A stretch of DNA of 59,790 nucleotides from a bacterium (GTDB lineage Bacteria > Actinomycetota > UBA4738 > HRBIN12), in the NCBI GenBank assembly GCA_046735355.1, contig JBKPTC010000076.1, positions 1-59,790 of the forward strand, in the 5' to 3' direction. This document shows positions 1 to 10,236 of the stretch, piece by piece. The number at the start of each line of letters is the position of its first letter. Position 1 is the first letter of the stretch. Position numbers and translations under genes: made by a program. The notes beneath the pieces were generated by a model. That model saw nothing but the letters and a program-made list of their open reading frames with translations, searched no databases and was not told where the DNA came from.

Positions 1-106
1 GTCCACGGACGTCGCGGCCGCGGCCGATACGGCGACCGACGCCGAGGCCGCATCGGCGGCCGCCGTGGACCCGGTGGTCGTGGAGGAGTCCGCGCCGGCG
101 GAGTGA
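1..106 (+). CDS. 3' end of upstream gene, probably the acidic Ala-rich tail of NusA (partial)
   Basis: Open frame from base 2 (STDVAAAADTATDAEAASAAAVDPVVVEESAPAE*) whose TGA overlaps the ylxR GTG; identity inferred only from the usual nusA-ylxR-infB order. Confidence 0.5.
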   Translation, partial: STDVAAAADTATDAEAASAAAVDPVVVEESAPAE

Positions 107-420
107 GCGGTCGCGGGCCGGACCCTGTTCGCACGTGCGTCGGCTGCGGAGCGCGCTCACCGAAGGGTGAGCTGCTCCGGGTCGCCTCGAGCGACGGTGC
201 GTTCGCGCCGGATCCGGCCGGCCGCGCGGCCGGGCGCGGTGCGTACGTGCACCGGGCGCAGGGATGCGTGGACGAGGCCCTGCGACGCGGGTCACTCGCC
301 AAGGCGCTGCGGCTGACGGCGCGCGGTTCGCACGCAGACGGAGCCGCTAGGCTACGAGAGGCCGTTCGGCCGACGGCAGACGCCGGTCCGAACGACCGTT
401 CCGACGACGAAGGGCGCTGA
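103..420 (+). CDS. ylxR: YlxR/RnpM (DUF448) family RNA-binding protein
   Basis: PVRTCVGC..K.ELLRV..GRGAYVH..C motifs; directly upstream of infB. Confidence 0.9.
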   Translation: MSGRGPDPVRTCVGCGARSPKGELLRVASSDGAFAPDPAGRAAGRGAYVHRAQGCVDEALRRGSLAKALRLTARGSHADGAARLREAVRPTADAGPNDRSDDEGR

Positions 421-425
421 AGAAC

Positions 426-2630
426 GTGAGGGTGCACGAACTCGCGAAGGAGCTCGGCGTCGCCAGCAAGGATCTGTTGGCGTCGCTCAGCGAGATGGGG
501 ATCGACGGGCTGACGGCGTCGTCCTCGGTGCCCGACCAGGCCGTTTCGCGCCTGCGCGCGTCGGGCGGCAAGGCGGTACCCGAGGCCAAGATCCGCGAGG
601 CGCGCGAGGAGCCCCTGCCGAAGGCCCGCCCGAAGAAGCTCGAGACCAAGCGAAAGGTCACTCCGGAGCCCGAGTCGAAGGCCGCCGAGGACGCCCCCGC
701 CGCTCCCTCGTCCGCCGAGGGTGCGGCCGCCGCCGAGCAGGTGCTCACGCCCAGCGGGAACGGGTCGGCCGCCGCCGCCGCCGCCTCTGCGGCGTCACCC
801 GCGGTCGCGTCGACGCCGCCGGCGTCCGCTCCGGTCGCTTCGGGGAGGACGGGGGCGCCCGCGACCGCTCGCGCCGCGGACCTTCCGGTGCTGCGCGTGA
901 CCCGCGGGTCGACGGCACAGGAGGTCGCGGACAAGACCAACCGCGGCGCCGGCGAGATCGTGAAGATCCTGTTCTCGATGGGGGAGATGGTCACGGCGAC
1001 CCAGTCGTTGTCGGACGACGCCATCTCGCTCATCGCGACCGAGCTCGGCTACGAGCCCGACATCGTCGCGCTCGACGAGGGGGCCGAACTGGAGGAGGAG
1101 CCGGTCGACGAGAGCCGGCTCGTGCCGCGACCGCCCGTCGTCACGGTCATGGGGCACGTCGACCACGGGAAGACGCTGCTGCTCGACGCGATCCGGAGCA
1201 CCGACGTCGTCGCCGGCGAGTTCGGCGGCATCACGCAGCACATCGGCGCCTACCAGGTGCACGTCAACAACCGGGAGGTCACGTTCATCGACACGCCGGG
1301 CCACGAGGCCTTCACCGCGATGCGCGCGCGCGGGGCGCAGGTCACCGACATCGTCGTCCTCGTCGTCGCCGCGGACGACGGCGTCAAGCCGCAGACGGTC
1401 GAGGCGCTCGACCACGCCAAGGCGGCGATGGTGCCGATCATCGTGGCGGTCAACAAGGTCGACAAGCCGGAGGCCGACCCGCAGCGCGTTCGCCAGCAGC
1501 TCGTGGAGCGCGAGGTCGTTCCGGTGGAGTGGGGCGGTACGTACGAGTTCGTCGACGTCTCGGCGAAGGCGCGGACCAACCTCGACTCGCTGCTCGAGAC
1601 GATCCTGCTCGTCGCCGACGTCGAGGAGCTGAAGGGCGATCCCGAGGGTCGAGCCAGAGGCGCCGTCGTCGAGGCGAACCTCGACAAGGGGCGGGGACCC
1701 GTCGCGACGGTGCTCGTGCAGCGGGGAACGCTCGAGGTCGGCGACGCGCTGGTGGCCGGAACGGCCTGGGCCAAGATCCGCGCGATGTTCGACGAGAACG
1801 GCCGGAGCGTCGAGGTCGCCGGCCCGAGCAAGCCGGTCCAGATCCTCGGCTGGTCGCACGTGCCCGACGCGGGTGACGACTTCCGCGAGGTCGACGACGA
1901 GCGCGAGGCGCGCCACGTCGCGCAAGAGCGCGAGGCGAAGGTCCGGGCGTCCGAGCTGGTGACCAACCGGCCGCCGACCCTGTCCGAGCTGATGGCTGCC
2001 GCGCGCGATGCCGAGGTTCCGGAGCTCAACATCATCCTCAAGGCGGACGTCCAGGGTTCGCTCGGTGCATTGCAGGACGCGTTCGCCAAGCTGCCGCAGG
2101 ACGAGGTCCGCGTGAACACCGTTCGGACGGGCGTCGGCGCCGTCACCGAGAGCGACATCTCGCTCGCGCTCGCGTCGCAGGCGGTCGTCATCGGGTTCAA
2201 CGTGCGGCCCGACGTCTCGGCGCGCGAGCTGGCCGAGCGCGAGGGCGTCGACATCAGGCTCTACCGCGTCATCTACGACGCGATCGACGACGTTCGCAGC
2301 GCGCTCGGCGGCATGCTGTCGCCGGAGCAGCGCGAGGCCGAGCTCGGGCGCGCCGAGGTCCGCGCGACGTTCCGAGTGCCGCGGCTCGGCGTCGTCGCTG
2401 GGTGCATGGTCGTGGGCGGAACGATCGTCCGGAACTCGCGCGCGCGGGTGGTTCGAGACGGCGTCGTCGTGTACGACGGTCGGGTCGGGTCGCTGCGGCG
2501 CTTCAAGGACGACGTCCGCGAGGTCGCCGAGGGGTACGAGTGCGGCATCGGGATCGAGAACTTCCAGGACGTCAAGGAGGGGGACATCATCGAGGCCTAC
2601 GAGGTCCGCGAGGTCGCCCGGCAGCTGTAG
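426..2630 (+). CDS. infB: Translation initiation factor IF-2
   Basis: N-terminal [10 protein letters not shown]; G-domain [20 protein letters not shown]; C-terminal GYECGIG. Confidence 0.99.
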   Translation: MRVHELAKELGVASKDLLASLSEMGIDGLTASSSVPDQAVSRLRASGGKAVPEAKIREAREEPLPKARPKKLETKRKVTPEPESKAAEDAPAAPSSAEGAAAAEQVLTPSGNGSAAAAAASAASPAVASTPPASAPVASGRTGAPATARAADLPVLRVTRGSTAQEVADKTNRGAGEIVKILFSMGEMVTATQSLSDDAISLIATELGYEPDIVALDEGAELEEEPVDESRLVPRPPVVTVMGHVDHGKTLLLDAIRSTDVVAGEFGGITQHIGAYQVHVNNREVTFIDTPGHEAFTAMRARGAQVTDIVVLVVAADDGVKPQTVEALDHAKAAMVPIIVAVNKVDKPEADPQRVRQQLVEREVVPVEWGGTYEFVDVSAKARTNLDSLLETILLVADVEELKGDPEGRARGAVVEANLDKGRGPVATVLVQRGTLEVGDALVAGTAWAKIRAMFDENGRSVEVAGPSKPVQILGWSHVPDAGDDFREVDDEREARHVAQEREAKVRASELVTNRPPTLSELMAAARDAEVPELNIILKADVQGSLGALQDAFAKLPQDEVRVNTVRTGVGAVTESDISLALASQAVVIGFNVRPDVSARELAEREGVDIRLYRVIYDAIDDVRSALGGMLSPEQREAELGRAEVRATFRVPRLGVVAGCMVVGGTIVRNSRARVVRDGVVVYDGRVGSLRRFKDDVREVAEGYECGIGIENFQDVKEGDIIEAYEVREVARQL

Positions 2631-2649
2631 CGCGCTCGCACGGAGGGCC

Positions 2650-2946
2650 ATGCTCGTCGCGCTCGAACGCTTCGACCTGCGCATCCCGGCGTGCGGGTCG
2701 CTCAAGCAGAAGCGGCACGTCGTGAAGACGCTCACCACCGGCCTGCGCAACACGTTCAACGTGGCGGTCGCCGAGGTCGACCACCACGACCTGTGGCAGC
2801 GAACGACCATCGCGGTCTCGGCCGTCGCCGCGGAGGGGTATCACCTGAAGCGCGTCATGCACGAGGTCGAGAAGTTCGTCGATCGGTGGACCGAGGTCGA
2901 GGTGATCGACGCCGAGCTGACGCTCCACGACCCGGAGGACGAGTGA
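2650..2946 (+). CDS. DUF503 (YlxP-like) protein
   Basis: SLKQKR..FNVAVAEVDHHDLWQR motif; between infB and rbfA; GGAGGG RBS. Confidence 0.92.
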   Translation: MLVALERFDLRIPACGSLKQKRHVVKTLTTGLRNTFNVAVAEVDHHDLWQRTTIAVSAVAAEGYHLKRVMHEVEKFVDRWTEVEVIDAELTLHDPEDE

Positions 2947-3344
2947 GCACGCGAGGCGAGAGCGCACGGACCAGCCGCGTGTCCGAGGAGTTCAGGGAGA
3001 TCCTCGCCGAGGAGATCCCGCGGCTCAAGGATCCGCGGATCGGCTTCATCACGGTCATCGGCGTCAGGGTCTCGCCGGATCTACGGCACGCCTGGGTCTA
3101 TTACACGGCGCTCGGCGACGAGCGCGAGCGGCGTGCGAGCGCGGCGGCGCTCCGCTCCGCCGGTCCGCACCTGCGCCGCGTGATTGGCTCGCAGGTCCGC
3201 CTCAAGGTGCTGCCCGACCTCGCGTTCGAGGAGGACGACACGCAGGCGACCGCGGATCGGATCGAGACGCTGATCCGCACGATGCACGAGTCGGGCGCGA
3301 GCGAGCCTGGTTCGCGAGGAGGTGAGGACGATGAGCACGACTGA
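2943..3344 (+). CDS. rbfA: Ribosome-binding factor A
   Basis: LKDPRIG..VRVSPDLRHAWVY..LPDLAFEED; GTG overlaps upstream TGA. Confidence 0.95.
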   Translation: MSTRGESARTSRVSEEFREILAEEIPRLKDPRIGFITVIGVRVSPDLRHAWVYYTALGDERERRASAAALRSAGPHLRRVIGSQVRLKVLPDLAFEEDDTQATADRIETLIRTMHESGASEPGSRGGEDDEHD

Positions 3345-4329
3345 CGACCTCGACATCGCGACCTCGATCGATCGCGCCGCGGAAGCGCTGTCGTCGGCGA
3401 CGTCGGTCGCGCTCGCCTGCCACCTCAACCCGGACGCCGACGCGCTCGGCTCCATGCTCGGGCTGTCCAACTTCCTGCGCGAACGCGGCGTCCGGACGGT
3501 CTGCTCGTTCGGCAACGAGCCGCTCGAGCTGCCGCGCTGGGCGGGCCTGCTGCCCGGCTCCGAGGACATCGTCCAGGCGCCGGCGTTTCCCGCAGCGCCC
3601 GAGGTCTTCGTCACGTGCGACACGGCGTCGCTCGATCGCCTCGGCGCGCTCGCGCGCGTCGTGCCCAAGGCGCGCGAGGTCATCTGGATCGATCATCACG
3701 TGAGCAACTCGGGGCTCGGCACGATCCCGCTGATCGATCCGGCCGCCTCGTCGACCGCCGAGGTCGTGTATCGACTCCTCCGCAGGATCGGCGGAGACAT
3801 CTCGGCGGCGACCGCCGTCTGCCTGTACGCGGGTCTCGTGACCGACACCGGCCGATTTCAGTACGGCGCGACACGTCCGGACACCCTGCGGATCGCGGCG
3901 GATCTCCGAGAGCGACCCTTCGACCACGTCGCCCTCGCGCAGGCGCTGTACGAGGACGGATCGGCGCGATACCTCCGAGTGCTGGCGACCGCACTGGGCC
4001 GGCTCGAGCTCGACGACGCCGCCGGTCTCGTCTGGACGTACCTCACGCAGGCCGACCTCGCAGACGCGCAGGTCGAGCCGTCGGAGACCGACGACCTCAT
4101 CGACGTCATCCGCATCGCGCGCGAGGTCGACGTCGCCGCGATCATCAAGCAGCAGCGGGACGGCCGGTTCAAGGTGAGCATGCGCTCGCGCGGCGGGCAC
4201 GACGTCGCGGCGGTGGCGTCGGCGTTCGGCGGGGGCGGCCACCGCCTCGCGGCCGGCTACACGTCGGCGTTCGGGGTGGCCGAGACGGTCGAGCGGCTCC
4301 GAGAGGCCCTCGCCGAGCACGCGGCGTGA
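3331..4329 (+). CDS. nrnA: DHH/DHHA1 oligoribonuclease / pAp phosphatase (NrnA-like)
   Basis: HLNPDADALGS, IDHH, DTGRFQY, GGGGHRLAAG motifs. Confidence 0.9.
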   Translation: MSTTDDLDIATSIDRAAEALSSATSVALACHLNPDADALGSMLGLSNFLRERGVRTVCSFGNEPLELPRWAGLLPGSEDIVQAPAFPAAPEVFVTCDTASLDRLGALARVVPKAREVIWIDHHVSNSGLGTIPLIDPAASSTAEVVYRLLRRIGGDISAATAVCLYAGLVTDTGRFQYGATRPDTLRIAADLRERPFDHVALAQALYEDGSARYLRVLATALGRLELDDAAGLVWTYLTQADLADAQVEPSETDDLIDVIRIAREVDVAAIIKQQRDGRFKVSMRSRGGHDVAAVASAFGGGGHRLAAGYTSAFGVAETVERLREALAEHAA

Positions 4330-5171
4330 CCGCGCCGGAGGGGCTCGTCCTCGTCGACAAACCGGCCGGCGCCACCTCGCACGACGCCGTCGACGCGGTG
4401 CGGCGCGCGCTCGGCACGCGCAAGGTCGGCCACGCGGGCACGCTCGATCCGATGGCCACGGGGCTGCTCGTCCTCGGGGTCGGGCGTGCGACGCGGCTGC
4501 TGCGGTACCTCGGCGAGCTCGACAAGACGTACGAGGGCGGGGCGGTGCTCGGCGTCGAGACCGACACCCTCGACGCCGACGGCGGCGTGGTGCGGACCGC
4601 GCCGGTGGACGTGGGCCGCGAGGACATCGAACGGGTGGCGGCGTCGCTCGTCGGCGAATCGATGCAGCGGCCGCCCGCCTACTCGGCGGTCAAGGTCGGC
4701 GGGCGCAAGCTCTACGAGGCGGCCCGCGCGGGGGAGGAGCTCGAGGCCGAGCCGCGGCCGGTCGTGGTGCGTGCGTTCGACGTCACGTCGTTCGACGGCG
4801 CGTCGTTCGAGTTCCGCGCCGTCGTCTCCTCCGGAACGTACATCCGGGTTCTCGTCGCCGAGGCCGGCGCGGCCCTCGGCTGCGGCGCGCACCTTGACCG
4901 GTTGGTCCGAACGGCGATCGGCCCGTTCAGCCTACGGGAGGCCTCGTCGCTCGACGCCGTCTCGCTGCATCCGATCGAGCGCGCCGTGGCGCATCTGCCG
5001 AGCGTGCGACTGCACGCCGACGAGGCGCGCGTCGCGGCGAACGGCTCCATCCTTGGTCCGGCCGGGATCGAGGGTCCGTACGCCGTGTTCGCGCCGGACG
5101 GCCGCATGATCGGGGTGTACCGCGACGACGGCGGCAAGGCGCGACCGGACATGATCCTGGCGCCGGCGTGA
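4326..5171 (+). CDS. truB: tRNA pseudouridine(55) synthase
   Basis: DKPAGATSHD, KVGHAGTLDPMATG, PPAYSAVK, SSGTYIR. Confidence 0.97.
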   Translation: MTAPEGLVLVDKPAGATSHDAVDAVRRALGTRKVGHAGTLDPMATGLLVLGVGRATRLLRYLGELDKTYEGGAVLGVETDTLDADGGVVRTAPVDVGREDIERVAASLVGESMQRPPAYSAVKVGGRKLYEAARAGEELEAEPRPVVVRAFDVTSFDGASFEFRAVVSSGTYIRVLVAEAGAALGCGAHLDRLVRTAIGPFSLREASSLDAVSLHPIERAVAHLPSVRLHADEARVAANGSILGPAGIEGPYAVFAPDGRMIGVYRDDGGKARPDMILAPA

Positions 5172-5205
5172 CGCGCCCGCGACGGACGCGCGCCATACTG
5201 CACCG

Positions 5206-6324
5206 ATGAACGACGACACGTCCCCGTCCGAGCGGCCGAAGCGCAAGAGCCGCGCCTGGCGGGTCGCGCAGGTCGCCGTCTCGCTCGTCGTGGTCATCGC
5301 CATCTTCGCGTTCGCGATCCCGAAGATCGCCGACTACTCCTCGGTGTGGCGCGCGGTCACGGGGATGACGTGGCTCGAGATCGCCTCGCTCGTCCTGGCG
5401 ACGGTGTTCAACCTGTTCACGTACTGGTGGCAGAACATGGCGTCCATGCCGGGCCTGGGGCTGTGGCAGGCGGCGGTGAACAACCAGACGACGACCTCGA
5501 TCGCCGACACGATCCCCGGCGGCGGGTACGTCGCGGTTCCGCTCGGATACGCGATGTATCGCTCGTGGGGGTTCTCGAACTCCGCGATCGCGCTGTCCGT
5601 CGCCACGACCGGTATCTGGAACATCCTGATGAAGCTCGCGCTGCCGATCATCGCGCTCGCGTTGCTCGCGGTCACCGGCCAGGCGAGCGCCAGCCTCGTC
5701 ACGGCCGCGCTCATCGGGTTGGTGGTCCTCGTCGTGGCCGTCGCGCTGTTCGCCCTGATGCTGTGGCGGGAGTCGTTCGCCGTCCGGATCGGATCGGCGC
5801 TCGGGCGGCCGGTCAGCGCCGTCCGGCGGCTGTTCCACCGGCAACCCGTCGAGTGGGGTCCGGCGGCCGCTCGCTTCCGCCGCGACGTGATCGGGCTCGT
5901 GCGCGAGCGGTGGCTGGCGCTCACCTTCACCACGGTGCTCAGCCATCTCGCGCTCTGGTTCATCCTGTTGCTCTCGCTCCGCCACGTCGGTATCTCCGAG
6001 TCGGAGATCTCGACGGCGCAGGTACTCGGCGTGTTCGCGTTCGGGCGGCTGATCTCGGCGCTGCCGCTCACGCCCGGCGGCGTCGGCGTCGTCGAGCTCA
6101 CGTACATCGGCGGGCTCGTCCTGGCCGGGCGAGCGAACGCCGATGTCCCACCCGACGTCTTCCGCGCTCAGGTCGCGGCGGCGGTGCTGGTCTTCCGAAC
6201 GCTCACGTACGGGGTGCAGATCCCGATCGGCGCGCTCACGTATCTGGTGTGGCGGACGAAGGGCGAGTGGCGTCGTGAGGACGCTCCGGAGGGCCGGCCC
6301 GAACCGGCGGCGCGCCGGGCGTGA
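5206..6324 (+). CDS. LPG-synthase-TM / UPF0104 (flippase-like) integral membrane protein
   Basis: Multiple TM segments, IPGGG, LPLTPGGVGVVE and FR.LTY..IPIG motifs. Confidence 0.8.
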   Translation: MNDDTSPSERPKRKSRAWRVAQVAVSLVVVIAIFAFAIPKIADYSSVWRAVTGMTWLEIASLVLATVFNLFTYWWQNMASMPGLGLWQAAVNNQTTTSIADTIPGGGYVAVPLGYAMYRSWGFSNSAIALSVATTGIWNILMKLALPIIALALLAVTGQASASLVTAALIGLVVLVVAVALFALMLWRESFAVRIGSALGRPVSAVRRLFHRQPVEWGPAAARFRRDVIGLVRERWLALTFTTVLSHLALWFILLLSLRHVGISESEISTAQVLGVFAFGRLISALPLTPGGVGVVELTYIGGLVLAGRANADVPPDVFRAQVAAAVLVFRTLTYGVQIPIGALTYLVWRTKGEWRREDAPEGRPEPAARRA

Positions 6325-6985
6325 TCCCGGCGCGGCGCGCGGCGACGTCTCGCAGCTCCGTCGCCAGGGCGGCCGCGCCGAGCGCAACGCCGCCGCCGAG
6401 CAGGACGCCGGCCACCACGTCGGAGAACCAGTGCGCGTGCAGGTACACGCGCGACAACGCCATCACGAACGCGAACGCCGCCGCCACGAGCTCCCACTTC
6501 CGCCGTCGCGGGCCGCTCGGCATCAGCACGAGCACGAGCGCGACGGCCGTCGCGGCCGCCGCCACCGCGTGTCCTGAGGGGAAGGAGTAGCCGACCACGG
6601 CGACGGCCCGCTCCGGCGGCCGACCGCGGTGGAAGAACGCCTTGGCCGCCGTGAGCAGGACCTCGGCGCTCGCCCACGTGAGCAGCCACGCGGTCAGCGC
6701 CCGCCACCGCGTTCGGACCGCGAGCCACGCCGCGACGACGACGCGGAGCGGGATCGTCACCGTGCCGCCGCCGATGACGTTCAGCGCGCGCGCCGCGGCC
6801 GTCAGGAGCCCGTTCCGGATGTCGTCCGTCAGGTGGTACACGGTCAGGTCGAGCCGGCCGATCGGGAGGAAGGTCGTGGCTGGCGCGTCGGCGGGATCGT
6901 GGCGTCCGACGCCGACGAACAGGGCCGTCGTCGCGAGCAACAGGCCGAGCGACCACCAGAACGTCCGCCGGTGGTTCGCGAGCAC
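6236..6985 (-). CDS. PAP2-family membrane phosphatase
   Basis: Intact K-x6-RP (KAFFHRGRP), FPSGH and SRVYLHAHWFSD motifs; GTG start chosen just after upstream TAA. Confidence 0.85.
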   Translation of the reverse strand: MLANHRRTFWWSLGLLLATTALFVGVGRHDPADAPATTFLPIGRLDLTVYHLTDDIRNGLLTAAARALNVIGGGTVTIPLRVVVAAWLAVRTRWRALTAWLLTWASAEVLLTAAKAFFHRGRPPERAVAVVGYSFPSGHAVAAAATAVALVLVLMPSGPRRRKWELVAAAFAFVMALSRVYLHAHWFSDVVAGVLLGGGVALGAAALATELRDVAARRAGITPGAPPVRAGPPERPHDATRPSSATPDT

Positions 6986-6987
6986 GG

Positions 6988-7551
6988 TTATCCGGGGCAG
7001 CGCGGCGCGCCGGCGCCGCACAGCGTCAGCCCGATCTTCTCGAGCGCGCGACGAACGTCCTCCCGCGGCCGGACGCCGAGGGCCTGCTGGACCTCGAGCG
7101 CCGCCGTGGCGGGCGCCGGCATCGAGAACCGGAACTCGTACGTGATGCAACCGCCCGGGAACCGGAGGAATCGGTCGGCCGAGAAGTTCGGCGCGAGGCC
7201 GAGCGGCCGCTCGTACGTCCGGATACCCGGCGCCGAATCCGGCACGGGGATCTCGACCGCGTCCGACACGTCGCAGGTCGGTGTCAGGCCGATCCGAACG
7301 GCGTGCACGCCCGCGCGGTCGGAGTCGAGCCAGGCCGTGTACGAACCGCGCTCGATCCGCGACCCGGTCAACATCCACCCCGTCGGAAGCGTTCGAACGC
7401 ACGGAAGATACGTCGCCGACGGAACCGACTGCGCCACCAGCAGCCACGGATCGTCCTGGGCGCCGCACGGCGGTGCGTCGGAGCCCGACGACGAGCACGC
7501 GGGGATCAGCGCGGCCAGGGCGAGCACGGCGAACGCCACGCCGCGTCTCAC
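6988..7551 (-). CDS. Putative lipoprotein, unknown function (Cys-containing extracytoplasmic domain)
   Basis: GTG overlapping stop of kinase gene (GTGA); signal peptide ending LIPAC; 187 aa. Confidence 0.75.
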   Translation of the reverse strand: MRRGVAFAVLALAALIPACSSSGSDAPPCGAQDDPWLLVAQSVPSATYLPCVRTLPTGWMLTGSRIERGSYTAWLDSDRAGVHAVRIGLTPTCDVSDAVEIPVPDSAPGIRTYERPLGLAPNFSADRFLRFPGGCITYEFRFSMPAPATAALEVQQALGVRPREDVRRALEKIGLTLCGAGAPRCPG

Positions 7552-9242
7552 GCGGCGACCGCCCAGTTGTTCACGACGAGCGTGATCGCGATGAACGCGA
7601 GGAAGACCACCTCGACGGTGAGCACCACGCGGCGAACGGACCAGCGCTGGATCGAGATCGGCGGCCGCGGCGGCGTCATCGCGCGGAACTGCGCGACCAG
7701 ATCGCGACCGTCCGCCTTCAGCACCGTTCGCAGCTGCGTCGGGCTCGCCACGCCTCGAGCCGCCGCGAACGCCTCGGCGATCTCGTCGTCGGTGAACAGC
7801 CGGCGGGCGTGCGCGTAGACGCGTTCGGCGTCCGAACGTACGGCGAGCACGAGCATCATGTTCGCGAGGTCGACCGCCTGGCGCCACGGCGAGGGCCGCA
7901 CCTGGACGAAGAAGACGTCGATCACCAGGACCTTGCCGTCGCGGACCATGAGGTTGGCCGGCTTGATGTCGCGGTGAGCGAGCCCGGCGTCCCAGAAGCG
8001 CCGGATGATCGAAAGGCCGCTCGCGATGACGTCGTCGTCGACGTCCGCCTCGCCGATCTCGACCGCGCCCTCGAAGAACTCCATCACGATCAGGTACTCG
8101 CGCTCCGGCGTGATCTCGACGACGCCGTACGGTGTCGGCGTCGGGATCCCGGCGTCGCGCAGGAGCCGCAGCGTGTAGTCCTCGTACTCGACGAACCGAC
8201 GCACCGTGCCGAACGGGGTCTCGTCCTCGAGCGCGCCGTACAACACCGCTCGGCCGAGCTTGTACCAACGGTCCGCGCGCACGTGGCTCTTGGCGTAGAG
8301 CTTGCCGAACAGGTCCCGCTCGGGCTCGTCCTCGGTCGCCGCAACGCGCATCCGCAGCGGAGTCGAGCCACCGGATCCCTCCAGGCCGACCGGCTTGAGG
8401 TCGATGACGTCGAGGCCGAGCTGGTCGCGGATGGCCCGCCGGATCGCGTCGCCGCGCCGCCCGCCGACGTCGAGATGCGCGGCCTTGCCGCGCCGGTAGC
8501 TGACCGGGAAGACGTCGTTCGGCGTGAACCATCGGAACGCGATCAACGGGATCGCCACGCCGATCACGATCCCGAACAGCACGTCGGTCGGGTGATCGAC
8601 CGCGAGGTACACGCGTGCGAGCGCGAGCGCGCCGACGACCGCGCCCGCGATGAGCTTCCCCGTCCAGCGCGGTCGTCCCGGAACGATCAGCGTGTACAGG
8701 ATGCCGACGAGCGACGCCGCGAGACCGAGCACCGGGCGCGACGGCAGCGCGTACCCGCTCCACGGGCCGAGCACCACGACCCCGAGCGGTCTCGATCGCG
8801 TGAGCGCGATCGAGGCCTGGTAGCCGATCAACTCGACGACCAACACGCTTCCGGCGAAGACGAGCAGGTGCCGCCATCTGCGGTATGCGACCAGCCCGAG
8901 GATCGTGCCCCACCGCAGCACCCGGATCGTCCAGCGCGATCCGAGCACACCGACCCAGAGCGCGAGGTGCGTCAGCCATCCGGTCCGCAGGCCCGCGATC
9001 GTCGTCAGCACGCGATCCTCCGCGCGTTCCATCACGGCGCCCGATCCCGAGATGAACGCGACGCCGGCGATCGTCGTCGCGAGCAGGACGAGCATCGACA
9101 TCCAGAACCGGCCCGTCCGTCCGAGGTCGTGGGGCAGCGGAGGCGCTTCGCCGGACGGGCGGCGCCGTCTGCTCGCCCGGGTGAGCAGGCGATGGCGCTC
9201 GTCGGCGAGGCGTTCCGTGGGAAGGTCGATGGGGGTCTCCAT
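7548..9242 (-). CDS. Membrane protein: degenerate PAP2 domain fused to protein-kinase-like domain, C-terminal TM helix
   Basis: PAP2-like RSRP/LPSRP/ARVYLAVDHPTD; kinase FGKLY and HRDIKPANL..IDVFF. Confidence 0.85.
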   Translation of the reverse strand: METPIDLPTERLADERHRLLTRASRRRRPSGEAPPLPHDLGRTGRFWMSMLVLLATTIAGVAFISGSGAVMERAEDRVLTTIAGLRTGWLTHLALWVGVLGSRWTIRVLRWGTILGLVAYRRWRHLLVFAGSVLVVELIGYQASIALTRSRPLGVVVLGPWSGYALPSRPVLGLAASLVGILYTLIVPGRPRWTGKLIAGAVVGALALARVYLAVDHPTDVLFGIVIGVAIPLIAFRWFTPNDVFPVSYRRGKAAHLDVGGRRGDAIRRAIRDQLGLDVIDLKPVGLEGSGGSTPLRMRVAATEDEPERDLFGKLYAKSHVRADRWYKLGRAVLYGALEDETPFGTVRRFVEYEDYTLRLLRDAGIPTPTPYGVVEITPEREYLIVMEFFEGAVEIGEADVDDDVIASGLSIIRRFWDAGLAHRDIKPANLMVRDGKVLVIDVFFVQVRPSPWRQAVDLANMMLVLAVRSDAERVYAHARRLFTDDEIAEAFAAARGVASPTQLRTVLKADGRDLVAQFRAMTPPRPPISIQRWSVRRVVLTVEVVFLAFIAITLVVNNWAVAA

Positions 9243-9266
9243 GCGCGTCCGATCGGTGCGGCGACT

Positions 9267-10178
9267 CTATCCGACCTCGCCTCCCGACCCGTTCGGCGAC
9301 AGCCACTCGGACGCGACCGCCGCAACGGATCGGTGTCGAAGGGATACCGCCTCGTTCAACGTCCGGAGCGCGCGCGTCGTGAGCGCCGCCGATACGGCGT
9401 CGAGCGCCTCCGCGAGGCGCGCGCCGAATCGGTCCAGCGTGCTCGTGCGCACGATCGGCGTGATGTTCTCCGCCGGTTGCAGCGACCGGTCGTCGCCAAG
9501 CACGACGAGGTCGTTGGCCTCGATGGAGCCGTCGCTGCTGAACATGACGGCCGCTTGCACCTGGCCGGCGACCAGCGCCGCCGCCGTGACCGGTCCGCTC
9601 TCGTCGAGCGGCACGAACCGCTCGAACGACAGCCCGTACGCCGAACGCAGCCCGGGAAGGCACAGCGGGCGGTCCGGGCACTCGGGTGGGCCGCCGAGCA
9701 CGACGTGATCGTCGACCGCCGCCAGGTCCGAGACCGTCCCGACGTCGAGCTCGGCGGCCGTCTCCCGCGTGACGACGAGGACGTTGCGATCCTGCGCAGG
9801 GGCCGGCGACAGGGCCGTGAGGCCTCGCGACGTCAAGGCGTCGCGCAGCGCCCGCGCCACCGCCTCGGGATCGGCGCTCGCGGGACGGGCCGTGAGGAAC
9901 GTCAGCAGGCTCCCGGCGTATTCGGGAACGACCTCGACGAGCCCTCGCTCGAGCGCCGGCTCGACGAGCTCGCGCGTGCCGAGCTGGAACGCGCGGCGCA
10001 CGGGAAACCCGGCGCCCTCGAGCGCCTGGGCGTAGATCTCGCCGAGCAGGCGGCTCTCCGAGAAGTTGAACGCGCCGACCGTGACCGCGTCGTCCCTCGC
10101 GTCGGATCCGCGCGGGGTGGCGTGCGTGCAGCCGGTTCCGAGCAGCACCACACACGTGATCAGCGCGATCGAGCGCAT
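9267..10178 (-). CDS. OpuAC/OsmF-type glycine betaine ABC substrate-binding lipoprotein
   Basis: Lipobox LGTGC; VTVGAFNFSESRLLGEIYAQALE, VPEYAGS, ECPDRPLCLPGL, QPAENITP. Confidence 0.88.
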   Translation of the reverse strand: MRSIALITCVVLLGTGCTHATPRGSDARDDAVTVGAFNFSESRLLGEIYAQALEGAGFPVRRAFQLGTRELVEPALERGLVEVVPEYAGSLLTFLTARPASADPEAVARALRDALTSRGLTALSPAPAQDRNVLVVTRETAAELDVGTVSDLAAVDDHVVLGGPPECPDRPLCLPGLRSAYGLSFERFVPLDESGPVTAAALVAGQVQAAVMFSSDGSIEANDLVVLGDDRSLQPAENITPIVRTSTLDRFGARLAEALDAVSAALTTRALRTLNEAVSLRHRSVAAVASEWLSPNGSGGEVG

Positions 10179-10236
10179 GCGGTGCACGGTACGCCGTTCC
10201 TCGCCGAGCCGGGGACCGGCGGATACGCTCCGTTCC

